Shown: positions 1 through 11,636, counted from the first letter of the stretch. The stretch is DNA of 64,000 nucleotides from Callorhinchus milii (GCF_018977255.1 NW_024704742.1:79114001-79178000), one strand, 5' to 3'. Made by a program: numbers and translations. Notes: generated from the sequence alone by a model not told the origin.

Positions 1-215
1 GTTGGACACTGAGCAAGAGAGAAGAGGGAGGGAGGGACTACATTAGCGGTCAAAGAGGTTGGTCTTCAAATGGGATTTAAAGTTAAAGAAAAAGGGAGCA
101 AGGCGGTGGGATTTAGGCAGGGAGTTCCAGAGGTTAGGGATGTAGTGGCTTAAGGCTTGGCCACTGATGGTGATGAGCAGTGTTTGGGGACGCACAGCAA
201 ACAAACCTGTGTCAG
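1..215 (-). mobile_element. L2-clade LINE ORF2 C-terminal fragment (old)
   Basis: Minus ORF 43..276 ends TISGQALSHYIPNLWNSLPKSHRL...FKSHLKTNLFDR, matching the L2 C-terminus [25 protein letters not shown] of the 30736 copy. Confidence 0.8.
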
Positions 216-885
216 TTAAGTAAAGGGGGCAGACTCGTTTTATGGAGCCAATAATCCACGTTATAACAGAATTCATGCTTCTGATAATTGCTATGTTTAG
301 GCGTCCAATTTCACCTTTCTGACAAATTTACTTTGCTAACAGCAGTATTGACCAGTGGAATCGGTTAACTGCTGTCTTTCCACTGGTGGGTAATCTGAAA
401 GGATAAAAGCTGCCTTTTCCTTGAATCTCTACAGCCCTTCAGTGTATTATCATCTTGTCAAAGTCACTCCCACAGTGCTGCAAGTGCTGGAAATGTTTCC
501 CTTTTATCCACATTTCCATGGATTATATCATGTGTGTAAAATAGGCAGTGAAAAATGTCAATCCAATTCTTTTTTCTTCTTCTGTTGTCACTTGCTCCTC
601 AGCACTAAATGTATATGTTGATATTTCTTTCAACACTCTGTTCAACCTGTCAGGATTGAAGTAGGTCAAAGACTCTTGAAGAATTCATTGCTTCAGGAAA
701 ATGCAACTTTGAAAAACCAGCTTCCTTTGCTACGTTAGCACAGCAGATAATAGGGTGAAAGTTGCAACAAGTATTGGGCTGCCGGCTTAACACAGAAAAA
801 CAGCTCTGAGTAAAGCCAATATTCCACTCACCAGCAACAAATTAACACCTTGAAGATTGCACTTTTTACCCCAATACTATACTGT

Positions 886-1249
886 GGAGTCCTGTAGCTC
901 AGTGGTTAGAGCACTTGCCTTGCAAGCGAGAGACCTGGGTTCGATTCCCAGCAGGGTGAAATGTTCGGCAAGTTTCCTTACTCCATATGCCTGTTTATCT
1001 AGCAATAAGTTGATTAATAAGTTAGTCGATTGGTGGATCACTTTACCGGGGGTAATGATTCCTTAAAAAAAATAATTAGTCACTTCAATCCACGGCTGTT
1101 TGTGGAACAATGCTGTGTGCAATTGGCTCCCGTGTTTTGCCCACAAAATATACAGTCAATTCACTTTACAGTATATTCTGTGAAGCACTTTGAGATGCTT
1201 CGAAGACCTGATAAGGCGCTATATCAAATGCAAGGATTATTATTATTAT
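886..1249 (+). mobile_element. tRNA-Ala(TGC)-derived Deu-like SINE, long form
   Basis: Head GGAGTCCTGTAGCTCAGTGGTTAGAGC with A box, B box GGTTCGATTCC, core CTGTTTGTGG..GCTGTGTGCAATTGGCT, tail ..GCGCTATATCAAATGCAAGG(ATT)n. Confidence 0.92.
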
Positions 1250-1685
1250 CTTATTTGACAATGTTTGTCCAATTTCTTGTGGACAATTTCAGTTTGAGTA
1301 AAAGCTCAGCAAAACAACACAGCCACTGAAAAGATTGGCCAATGTAAGCTGAGAATGATTAGTAGTAAAAGACCATGTCTCACCAATCTAGGATTGTTTT
1401 TAGTGGATTAGGCCTATCCATGGAAAGGCTACTGGTAAAGTTCTACATGAGAGACTTTGATAGAACTACTTGCAATAATAGCTCATTTGTATTCTAGCAA
1501 TAGGACAAAGGTAAATGAAAGGTTAAGAGGGGAAATGAGAAGCTAAAAATATTCTGTGGATCATGGCTTGTTATTTTGTCTACACGTTTCCCACATAAAC
1601 ATAGTTACCTCACTTTATATTATTTCACTATGAAGTACTTTGGGACATCCTCCCACCATAGATACAAATCGATTCATATTGATTG

Positions 1686-1938
1686 CAAGAACAACAACAA
1701 CAAATTACATTTGTAAGATGCCTTTCATGTCAGGAGGGCATCCTGAGGTGCTGGACAGTTAGGGATTTGAATCCGAGCTGGGGGTTAGGATCAGGAGGGG
1801 TGAAGGGCATGGAGGATAAGAAGGTGACCAAAGGTATGGGCAAAGAGGGTCTTGAGACGGACCTTGAAGGAGACAATGGACAGAACAAAGCAACTATGGG
1901 CTGTGGGATGAAGGTCCAAAGGCTGAGGGCAGAGACTG
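1686..1938 (-). mobile_element. L2 LINE 3' end
   Basis: (CAA)n tail followed by the reverse complement of the L2 3' UTR and last codons (FKVRLKTLFAHTFG). Confidence 0.8.
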
Positions 1939-1944
1939 AAGGTA

Positions 1945-2150
1945 CAGCATGTTTGCACAGCATGAAAATGAGTCATTCAGCTCAACCAGTCTGTGCCAGT
2001 GTTTATACTCTTCACGAGGCTTCGCTCCACTCACCCCTACCGTTGTTCTCCCTCATGTATACAACTTGCTTCCTCTTAAATGCATCTATACTATCTGATT
2101 TGTTTCCAACAGCAAGCTACACATTCTCTCTACCCTCTGCGTGAAGCAGT
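1945..2150 (-). mobile_element. Old CR1-like LINE 3' end
   Basis: ACAGCATGAAAATGAGTCATTCAGCTCAACCAGTCTGTGCCAG resembles the CR1 3' end at 48158-48205. Confidence 0.5.
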
Positions 2151-2360
2151 TCCACCTAAATAACACTGGCATGGTTATTATTATTAATAATTATTATTAT
2201 TGTCCCAAAGATCTATCTGGTATCCTTACTGTTTCATACTAGTCATAATGACTTGAAATGTATAAATTACACCGTTTTCTGTTCTGAATGTATTCTTTCT
2301 CTGGATTCCCAGAATATGCATTTTTTTCTCTCTCTCACACAGCTTTCTGTTCCTGGTTTC

Positions 2361-3742
2361 ATAACATAACATAACATAACATAACATAACATGTAGGAGC
2401 AGGAATAGGCCATTCGGCCCTTCGAGCCGGCCCCGCCATTCAATCATGGCTGATCTTCTAATCTAACTCCAGCTAATAACCTGACCCTGCCTTATCCTCA
2501 TATCCCTTAATCCCTTTTGTAATAAGAAATCTATCTATCTCAGTCTTGAATATGTTCAAGGACTGAGCGTCAACAGCCCTTTGAGGTAGTACGTTCCATA
2601 CATTCACCACCCTTTGACTGAAGAAGTTCTTCCTCAACTCAGTGCGAAAGGGCTGGCCTCTGATTTTAAGGTTGTGACCCCCGGTTTTAGTTTCTCCCAC
2701 TATCTACTCTATCATGCCCTTTGATGATCTTATAGGTTTCTATAAGATCCCCTCTAATTCTTCTATATTCTAGAGAATATAGGCCCAAATTGGTCAGCCT
2801 ATCCTCATAACGCATCCCCTTCATCCCTGGCACTAACCTAGTAAATCTACGCTGCACCACCTCCAAGGCAAGTACATCCTTCCTTAAACGAGGAGACGAA
2901 AACTGGACACAGTATTCCAGGTATGGTCTCACCAGGGCCCTATACAGTTGCAGCAAGACTTCGCTACTCTTATACTCTAATCCTTTCATAATGAATGCTA
3001 ACATACTGTTCGCCTTCCTAATTGCTGCTGCACCTACAGACTAACTTTCTGTGATTGGTGTACAAGGACACCCAAGTCCCTCTGGACGCTAACACATTCC
3101 AATCTCTCCCCTTCTAAAAAATAACCCGCTCTACTGTTTTTGCTACCTAGGGGGATGACTTTGCGCTTCCCTACATTATATTTCATCTGCCACCTACCTG
3201 CCCAATCACCTAACCTATCTATGTCTCGCTGTATTTTTTAATGTCGTCCTCTGTGTTGACACTTCCTCCTAGTTTTGTGTCATTCGCGAATTGAGATATA
3301 TTAACTTCGATATCCTCATCTAGATCGTTGATGTAGATGGTAAATAGCTGAGGCCCAAGGACCGATCCTTTTGGCACTCCACTAGTCACATCCCGGCAAT
3401 CTGAAAAAGGACCCATTTATCCCTACTCTTTGTTTCCTACCCGTTAACCATTCTCCAATCCACGTTAATATGCTCCCCCCAATTCCATGGGTCCTTATAT
3501 TTTGGACTAACCTTTTATGTGTCAGCTTATCGAATGCCTTCTGGAAGTCCAAATAGACCACATCCACTGATTCACCCTTATCTAGTTTACTGGAAATATC
3601 CTCAAAAAACTCTATGAGATTTGTCAAACATGACTTCACTTTTGTAAAGCCATGTTGACTTGGCCTAATTATATTGTGCTCTCCAAAATACCGCACTACC
3701 ACATCCTTAATCAATGATTCTAAAATTTTTCCTATCACTGAT
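2361..3742 (-). mobile_element. CR1-clade LINE, 5'-truncated, frameshifted RT (pseudogene)
   Basis: Minus ORFs give [57 protein letters not shown] (FADD motif mutated), RPYLEYCVQF and FFSQRVVNVWN; (GTTAT)n tail at 2361-2391. Confidence 0.95.
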
Positions 3743-4377
3743 GTATATTTAATGCCCCCAACATCCTACCAGTTGTGGTCCACAGCTTTGGCACATGTGT
3801 GTAGTGTACCACTCAGAACTCAGAACAAAGAGATTATTAAAATAATGGCTGAGCAGCTCTAACATTTCAGTTAGGATAAACAGAATTTATGCTTTCATGG
3901 TTAATTAAATATTTCTGTTAACAGTGCAATATTTTTCTGAAACTTGCAATACATGATTAGGCTTTATAAAAGCATAGTCTTGCAAAGGATGGTTGTAATA
4001 ATAACTAACTTATTCACAGAGCGTTGAAATATGTTTTCCGTAAGAACCAGGAATAGTGTGCAACATAATCTCACCTTCATAGAGTCAGATGATGGAAGCT
4101 TAATTAAAATCCGGATGTCATGTGGCACTGTACAGGCAGCTTTTAACTAGTTCTACCTTTAACTGATGGGTATCGACTGCAAACTGCCAGAATTTTAGTC
4201 CATTAAGAGATTTAGCCTGGGAAATCCGACCTCATAAGAAGAAAGTCATTTATTTCATTGAAGGTCACCGTTTTTTATTTTCATTTTTCTGATTTCCAGA
4301 AATCATCAAATAAACTTGATCCTTTCAAATGTGCAGCAGTTTATTAAATTAAGTGTTAATGTTAATGTTTTGAAGTT

Positions 4378-4890
4378 AATAATAACAACCCTTGCATTTG
4401 ATTCACATCGTCAAAACTTCTCAAAACGCTTCACATCATTTAATTGTCAAGTGACTGTATAGGCAAACATGGCAGCCAAATCACTGCAAGTAAATCCTCT
4501 AAATCACCATTAAGTGAATGGCCAAATTTGTCTAAAGGATTATTCGTCATGACGCCTTTTGATTTGTGTCATGGGATCTTTAACATCCATCTGAGCAGGC
4601 AAAAAGGACCAAAGGTTGAAGTCTCGTCTGAAAGATAGTATCTCTGATAATGTAGTTCTTTTCCAGCAACATAAGAAATGCTAGAGGAAAAAGACCAAGG
4701 TCCATCTAGTTCACCTTCCACCTTTCTGGCAGTTGCATACATATGTACCAAACTACCTGTGTACTATATCCCATAATGTTATTTCCTAAATAAGAACATA
4801 AGCAACTGGGAGCTCAAAGTCGCAACTGTGGACTTGAACCCATTACCTTTTGATTCAGAGGTGAAACTATTGTGAATTGAGCTAGACTAA
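4378..4890 (-). mobile_element. Older SacSINE1/AmnSINE-like DeuSINE, fragmented (body 4378-4660, head ~4820-4890)
   Basis: Degenerate tail CTTGCATTTG, GGCAGCCAA core, GGGATCTTTAACATCCA..GTCTCGTCTGAAAG body, and reverse-complement head CTCTGAATCAAAAGGT..GGTTCAAGTCC. Confidence 0.65.
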
Positions 4891-5237
4891 CAGCTGTTAC
4901 TCTTGAAGAGTATGGGGAGAAGGAAATCTGAAGATGTCATTCATGGATGGTCCAATATGCAGTCTCAGAACCACAAGTTGGCCAATGTTTTTGCAAATCT
5001 AATGAACTCATTGAGGCAAGAAATTCCAGTTACAAAAGATGACAAGCAGATTATGTTACATGGGCAGATGAAGCTTTGGGGTGAATCTTTGATGTTTTGG
5101 AACAGATTTGATGTGATAATTCTTCGGAAATTATACTTCCTTTTGGGGATGTAGGAATTTTGCAAATACGTTTTAAAAAGCCTGATCTCGGATCAAAGGC
5201 ATTTCCAGTTAAAGTAAAAGCAGTAACCTGCAACAGT

Positions 5238-5448
5238 GAATGCAGGCCGTCGAAGCTCTCATAAACACCTTCATTACATCGAGGCTCGACTATGCAAACT
5301 CACTGCTTGTCAGCTTCCCCAACTCCTCCTTCCTCAGGCTGCAGATCATCCAGAACTCTGCAGCCCATGTCCTCTCCCGCACTAGGCTCCATTACCCTAT
5401 CACCCCCATCCTCGCCCAACTCAACTGGCTTCCCATCACACAGATGAT
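5238..5448 (+). mobile_element. L2 LINE ORF2 fragment
   Basis: ORF 5240: FITSRLDYANSLL..LQIIQNSAAHVLSRTRL..LNWLPI. Confidence 0.88.
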
Positions 5449-5449
5449 T

Positions 5450-5893
5450 CAACAACAACAACTTGGATTTAAATAGCGCCCTCCATGCCGGACGGCGTCT
5501 CAGAGCACTTTACAGTAACGGATCACGGGACCGAGCCAGGGGGAGGTGGGGGGAAGGTGACCAAAGGCGCGGTCAAAAAGAAAGGTCTTCAGCAGAGACC
5601 TGAAACTGGGAAGGGAGGGAGCGAGATGAACGGAGTGAGGAAGGCAGTTCCAGAGCCTCGGGGCATAGTGGCTGAAGGCACTGCCACCGAGGGTGGAGCG
5701 GAGGACTCGGGGGACGAGTAGGAAGCCAGACCCGGAGGAACAAAGGCAATGGGTACTGTTTTGGGGAGAGAGGAGGTCAGAGAGGTAGGGGTTGCAAAGG
5801 ATTGCGGGGACTTGAAATACAAGAGTGAGGATCTAGAAATCATCCTCTCTGGGATAGGCAACCAATGCAGTCTGGCAAGGACTGGGGTGATTA
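5450..5893 (-). mobile_element. L2 LINE 3' end, subfamily with GTGCTCTGAGA..GGAGGGCGC tail
   Basis: (CAA)n tail, then reverse complement of the 3' UTR and C-terminal codons; same subfamily as 43340-44030 and 57793-58275. Confidence 0.9.
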
Positions 5894-6394
5894 AACCTGT
5901 GATACAGTGAGAGTCTCTGTGTATCCCATATCTGCTTGGCTCAGGGAGGGGGTGGAGGGGGATCTGCGCGACAGTATTTCAATGTTGGAACACAACTAAA
6001 AAAAGCCTGCAATCATGCACTGTGAATAGTCACTGACCTTCTGTGCAGAAGCAAACAAATTCACAAGCCTTAGCAGTGAGCTGGAAATGATCCCCTTGTC
6101 CTTCATAACAAAACAAGAGTACCAAGGACACAATCTTTCTGAGGAGAAGAAGCTTTAAAGAAAAAAAATTGGCACAGGAAGCACGGTCTTATGCCCAGTG
6201 AATGTAATTTACCGGAACAAGATAGCTAATATAATAAATCCTGTCTAGATTGGGAAGCACAAATGGAAATGCTGCTTGAAACATCCAAATAACTTTTAAG
6301 GGATATCAAAACCTACAGCTGTCAAGCAATAGGAGTTTGAATGGAAAAATGTCATTGAGCAGGACCTTGAACACAAGTCTGTTTAGCTTTTTTG

Positions 6395-6512
6395 TACGAG
6401 GTTCATCCACAAAATACACAGTAAATTCATTTTACAATACATTCTGTGAAGCGCTTTAAGACATCTCATCGATGTGATAAGGTACTATATCAAATGCAAG
6501 GATGACTATTAT
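6395..6512 (+). mobile_element. Deu-like SINE 3' fragment
   Basis: CACAAAATACACAGT..TTCTGTGAAGCGCTTT..TATCAAATGCAAGGAT. Confidence 0.75.
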
Positions 6513-7296
6513 ATATACTTATTATCATGTGGAGGGTCTGCAGGTTGAGTTGGCTTGTAGGGTTAATGCAGTTGATTCCAATTAATAATGTTAAAAGTAC
6601 CTCCAATAATCCAATGGTATTAAATACCTCCAACAATGTAAGACTGCTTCAATACTTCGCTGGAGTTTCAGTCTCAATCATGAGCTTTGCGTTGCTGTGG
6701 GATTTGAACCATAGGAGGTGGGCGAAAATATTTGGTGGGGTCGGAGGCTTTAAGACAGTTGCAGCCTCTGGACCAGCATCGGGGGTTGGCAGGCCTGATT
6801 TGCCTCTGGTTTGAACTCACTGCCTCCTGACCCAAATATGAAAATTCTGCCAAATGAGCCTTGACACAAGCAACCCCAGCTGAGAGTTAACAATTTTATC
6901 AACTTTTGCCTGCTGATATTTGAGAATTTGAAAGATTTGAACAAAAACATATTTGAGAATTTGAAAATTTTGAAAGAATCAAACCAAGGCCCAGGTTGGT
7001 TGGGTGATTGAGATGAAAGAATGCTTTGGTCATTTTCCTGAAGCTAATTCACGTCAATGCTCCAAAACACTAGCCCTGGTTATATAAATGCAAGTTGTTG
7101 TTGAGCATCAACTTTTGCAATGAGATAAAAATAAGTCTACATACTTTCAAACAGACTAGCATATGTGAAATCCTGAAGAAAAAATAATTAAACAATTCAC
7201 CTTGACCAATTGTATTCTTCCAAGATCTTCCCATGGACCCATTATGTCCTACATTGACCAATGTCTTTACTTGCCCCTCTGTAATTCCCTATTGTG

Positions 7297-7430
7297 TGTC
7301 AGCTTGGCTCAGTTGATAGCATGAATCATAAGGTTGTGGGTTCAAGCCCCATATCAGGACTTTTCATTTATAGCCTAGGATGACACTCCAAAATAGTGTT
7401 GATGAAAGTGATGCATTGTTGTAGGTGAAG
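7297..7430 (+). mobile_element. Older DeuSINE 5' tRNA-like head
   Basis: GGCTCAGTTGATAGC..AAGGTTGTGGGTTCAAGCCC..CTAGGATGACACTCC; similar heads at 21205, 26540 and (minus) 15720-15785. Confidence 0.65.
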
Positions 7431-7699
7431 TTTATAGGTTTTGCAAGGAAGAAGCGGATTTGATGGACGAAAAAGCCTTTGATCTCTATTGTCTCTGCTC
7501 CTTCTCTCCTAGAGTTGTCAAGATTCATTTTTCTCTTCTCATGAAATCCTTGCTCACCAACCACCTTGTGGCCTTTATTTGTATGCAGGTTATTCAACCA
7601 CAGCCTGATCCTAACCCCAATCCACGTGCAACACACAGATATTTTCTGGTAGGGATCTTTGGACAGAGACAAAAATTAGAAACCCTGTGATATCCTTGT

Positions 7700-8430
7700 T
7701 AACTCAGACATACTGAGTTCAGCTGGATGAGATCCAACTCTATCTGTATACCTCCACCCTCAACTTCAGGACCACTGCTGTCCTGACAGACTGTCTGTCA
7801 GACATCAAGTCCTGGATGAGAGCCAGTTTTTTCCAGTTCAATATCGACAAGCCTGAAGTCTTCCTGCTTGGTTCCCGTCAGTGCCTCCTCACCACAAATG
7901 CTGACAGCATTACTATTCATGGATGCACTCTCCTTTGTATCTTGTTCGACTATCAACCATCTTTAAACTCCACATCTGTGCCATGACCTGTTCTGCCTTT
8001 TCCACCTCAGCAATATTGCTTGCTGCTACTACCTCTCGCTTTAAACTGCGGAGACCCTCATCCATGCCTTGATTATATCCAGGCTTGATTATGCTAATTC
8101 CCTGCTCACCGGACTTCCAAATGCTTCCCTTCACAAGCTGCAGATTATTCAGAACTTTGGGCCTGCTGTCCTCACCCCCAATAAGCTCCGAGATCCGATC
8201 ATCCCTATCCTTGCCCAGCTACACATCACTCAGAGGATCATGTTCAAGATGCCCATTCTCAGTTTTGAAACCCTTCTTGGTCTTGCTCCTCTCTACTCTA
8301 CCTCTGCTCTCTCTGCTCGGTGGGCACTGGCTTGCTCCATGTCCCCCAACCTGCCTGCCCCACCTTTGGCAGTCAGGCCTTCAGGCTTCCTGACCCCACC
8401 CTCTGAAACTCCATCCCAGTATCTCTTTTG
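7700..8430 (+). mobile_element. Diverged L2 LINE RT/C-terminal fragment
   Basis: CAACTCTATCT..CTGTCTGTCAGACATCAAGTCCTGGATG (CLSDIKSWM); ORF 8069 ISRLDYANSLLTGLP..LQIIQN. Confidence 0.85.
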
Positions 8431-9514
8431 ATCATACATTATGATACTTCTAGTATTAGACAAAGAACAAAATGGTACCTCTCATCACAAACAATAGAGT
8501 TAGGATGTTATGATTCTTATTAACCTGCTGTTTATTATTCTTCATCTCTTCAAGACACACAAATCTCCTTTAACAGTATTGCAACAATGCTGAAAGTATT
8601 CTACTCTTTCAGAAGTAGACCCATCTTACATGTCCATTAATTCTGGAAACGCAAAAGGATTATCCGTAACTTCATGGTGTGACTGACACACAATTACTCT
8701 TGAGTTCTCCCATCATTTTTTTACACACTTCTGATGAAAGAAAAACTACATCTTCTAATGGAAAGCACACCAAGAGCTCCATGCAGGAGACCAGATTAGA
8801 AGGAGTAAGCCATTTAATATTCGCATTCAATCCTTTTTGAATTACGCTGTGCTTTGAAGTGCGGCATGAGTTGTGCATGTGAGAGGCAACTTCAAAATTC
8901 TGCACTCTGGAGCCTGTGCTGTACTGAATAAATGCAAACGTCATGTGGTCCCTGCTTCAAAGTTATGCAGGGGGATCAATGACGGTGCTTTAGAGTTATC
9001 AGATAAAAGTGAGTTTGGCACAAACCTCCGATTGACATCTGTATCAAGTCATGACTGTGAGGTGTAATGCTTCTGTATTAGAATGACTCAGTATGTGTCC
9101 GATGAACTTTAAACAGAGGTACAGTCAAATCTCATATTCAGTTCAGCCTTTCATACAAATGCATCCACTGACAAGGGCAATGAGAATTTGCCCTCAATTT
9201 GGGCATGAAAATTTCAGAAGATGTGCTCTTTAGGAAAGAACAAGTGAATAGTTTTCCATTATTTTTTTTTGTGCATGGCAGAAAATCATAAAAAGTCAGA
9301 CAAATGTTCCACTTTCCCATCAGTCACTCTACTTTATGAAGCACATTTGAGAAATATTATTGTCAATAGGGCATGATTGTGAACCATTCTCATTAAGTTT
9401 GGACCATTTTAGCAACATAATTGACTACACTTTTGTGACTTTTATAATGTTTATTGTATTATTGTGTATCTGAGAAATGATCTGTTCCAAGTCCTGGCCA
9501 ACAATCCCCCATAT

Positions 9515-9640
9515 AATAATTGGTCATTCGCTCCATGGCTGTTTGCACGGCATTGCAGTATATTCTGTGAAGTGCTTTGAGCCATCTCAATGACGTGATA
9601 AGGCGCTATATCAGTACAAGGATTATTATTATTATTATAT
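9515..9640 (+). mobile_element. Deu-like SINE 3' fragment
   Basis: AATTGGTCATT..TATTCTGTGAAGTGCTTTGAG..GGCGCTATATC..GG(ATT)n. Confidence 0.75.
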
Positions 9641-10325
9641 TGCTCATCTGGACATCCTATTGAAATGAAAGGAGCCATTTCAAATGCAGATAGGCATCAT
9701 ATTCTAAATGTATAAAGTCTACAGAAATACGATGAGGCAGAATTAATTGAATTGGCTCCGACAAGGGGAAGTAAGATTTTGCTTGCAGGTAAGTGCCACG
9801 ATTTTGATAACTTGTCTTCATAATAGGAGAGATTGAAACATTGAGTTCTTGATGGTTGGTGTGGCAGTAGGTATGGACACCGATGGTGGCGTGGAGGGGT
9901 AGGGGACATGCAGCAGGTCTGTGCGGGGTGGGCAGTGGAGTCGAGTATAAACAGGACTTTAATTAAATGGAATACTTTAACCAAAATGTAAGGAGGACTT
10001 TTTGCTCACACATATTATGTGCCGACTAGTTACTGAGAGGGTGTTCTCAGGACATGGGAGGTGAGGACCATTCTTCCTTCAATTGGAAGTGACCGTGTTT
10101 CATTAAAGGAGATGACACTTTGAACAAAGGCAAAAGACAGGATATAATTGTGACATTTCTTGACAGATTTAACCCAAGAACTATCTGTCGGCACATTATC
10201 ATCAATGTTTCGCTTTGCTATGAAGATTTACTTTAATTTCCAATCCTCGTCAAGACATGGAGTGGTGGGGTGTGGAGTGTGTTAAATGGATGGGAGCTGA
10301 TTAAAAACTCTGACATGAGACATGT

Positions 10326-10648
10326 GGAGTCCTGTAGCTCAGTGGTTAGAGCACTCGCCTTGCAAGCGAGACACCTGAGTTCAATTCCAGGCAGAACAAA
10401 ACCTTGGGCAAGTTTCCTTACTCCACATGACTGATAATAATCCCTCAAAAAACAAAAAAAAATCGTGCTCACTTTCAATCCACGACTGTTTGTGGGACGC
10501 TGCTGTGCGCAATTGGCTGCGCGTTTCGTCCACAAATATACAGTCAATTCACTTTACAGCATATTCTGTGAAGTGCTTTGAGACGTCTAGAAGACATGAA
10601 AAGCGCTATATCAAATGCAAGGATTATTATTATTATTATTATTATTAT
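10326..10648 (+). mobile_element. tRNA-Ala-derived Deu-like SINE, short form, full length
   Basis: Complete head, core and (ATT)n tail; closely similar to the 42022 and 62218 copies. Confidence 0.95.
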
Positions 10649-11275
10649 CAGAGTAAGCTGCAGGACCAAGGAAGATGTAGAAAATAGAGTCACAGCTATC
10701 AGGAGAAACATATGTTGCAGCAGGTGAAAAGAAGATGATTAAAACTAAAGGAGGAGGGAAGTGAAGTGTTGATAAAGCATTAGAACTACCTGCACTGTGA
10801 AATAAAAAGATTGAAGAGAGAGCAAGAAAAGTGCATCAGTAATATCTATCACAATGTGTAGACAATGTAACAGCAAGCAATTCCACCGTGCGAGCAGAGA
10901 ACCAATTCTATTATTAGGCTACAGATTTCACACAAACTGATGTTAGTAACTGCATAAATTTGGCATGAAATTGGTTGTATGTAACCACTGAATCCGAGAG
11001 TTGTGTACTTGCACCAATTCTGCCAAGATCCAAGCCGGGGGCTTAGCGCTGCAGCAATGCTGTGTTTTGCCAGTGACACCAGAAGCTGACACAGTGACTC
11101 CGACACTCTTAGAGTCCATCATTTCACTGGTTTAAGTCTAATTTCTCTCGTTCCACACCAACTATCAGATTCATCCCTGGGGCGACTAAGCAAGTCTGTA
11201 GATAGAGGTTACTCAATCCGTTTCTTCCCAATTTGAGCAATCAGTAGAACTCGAGCTCCACGGAAGGGCACAGGA

Positions 11276-11287
11276 CCTTTTTATATA
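11276..11287 (-). promoter_or_regulatory. Candidate TATA box (TATATAAAAAGG)
   Basis: Consensus TATAWAWR on the minus strand at the edge of a repeat-free, CpG-containing island; near-palindrome GGAACTACAGGCCTCAATTCC just upstream (11295-11315). Confidence 0.4.
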
Positions 11288-11329
11288 CAACAAAGGAATT
11301 GAGGCCTGTAGTTCCACAACTAGATAGGG

Positions 11330-11596
11330 ATCAGAGGGAGGAGGGGAGAGAGATGGGGGAAGAGAGAGGGGGAAGAGACAGCAACACAACAACACCACCT
11401 TGCATTTATATAGCACCCTTCATGCGGATAGAGTCCCAGAGCACGCACGTACAGAGAGGAGAAAGAGAGAAGGGGAAGACAGAGGAGACAGAGAGTGGAG
11501 GCAGAGGAGGGGAGAGAGAGGCCAGAGTGATGGGGAAGAGAGAGAGAGATGGAGGACAGAGGGAGGGGAGAGAGAGAGAAAGATAGAGGCCAGAGT

Positions 11597-11636
<40 letters not shown>

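Noticed and set aside
886..960. Genuine tRNA-Ala genes at the SINE heads (also 10326, 42022, 52831, 62218)
   Set aside because: Each continues into a SINE body, usually with an L2-type tail, and copies carry scattered stem mismatches; they are SINE heads.
6916..6966. 18-bp direct repeat ATATTTGAGAATTTGAAA
   Set aside because: Simple two-copy AT-rich slippage duplication with no further structure.
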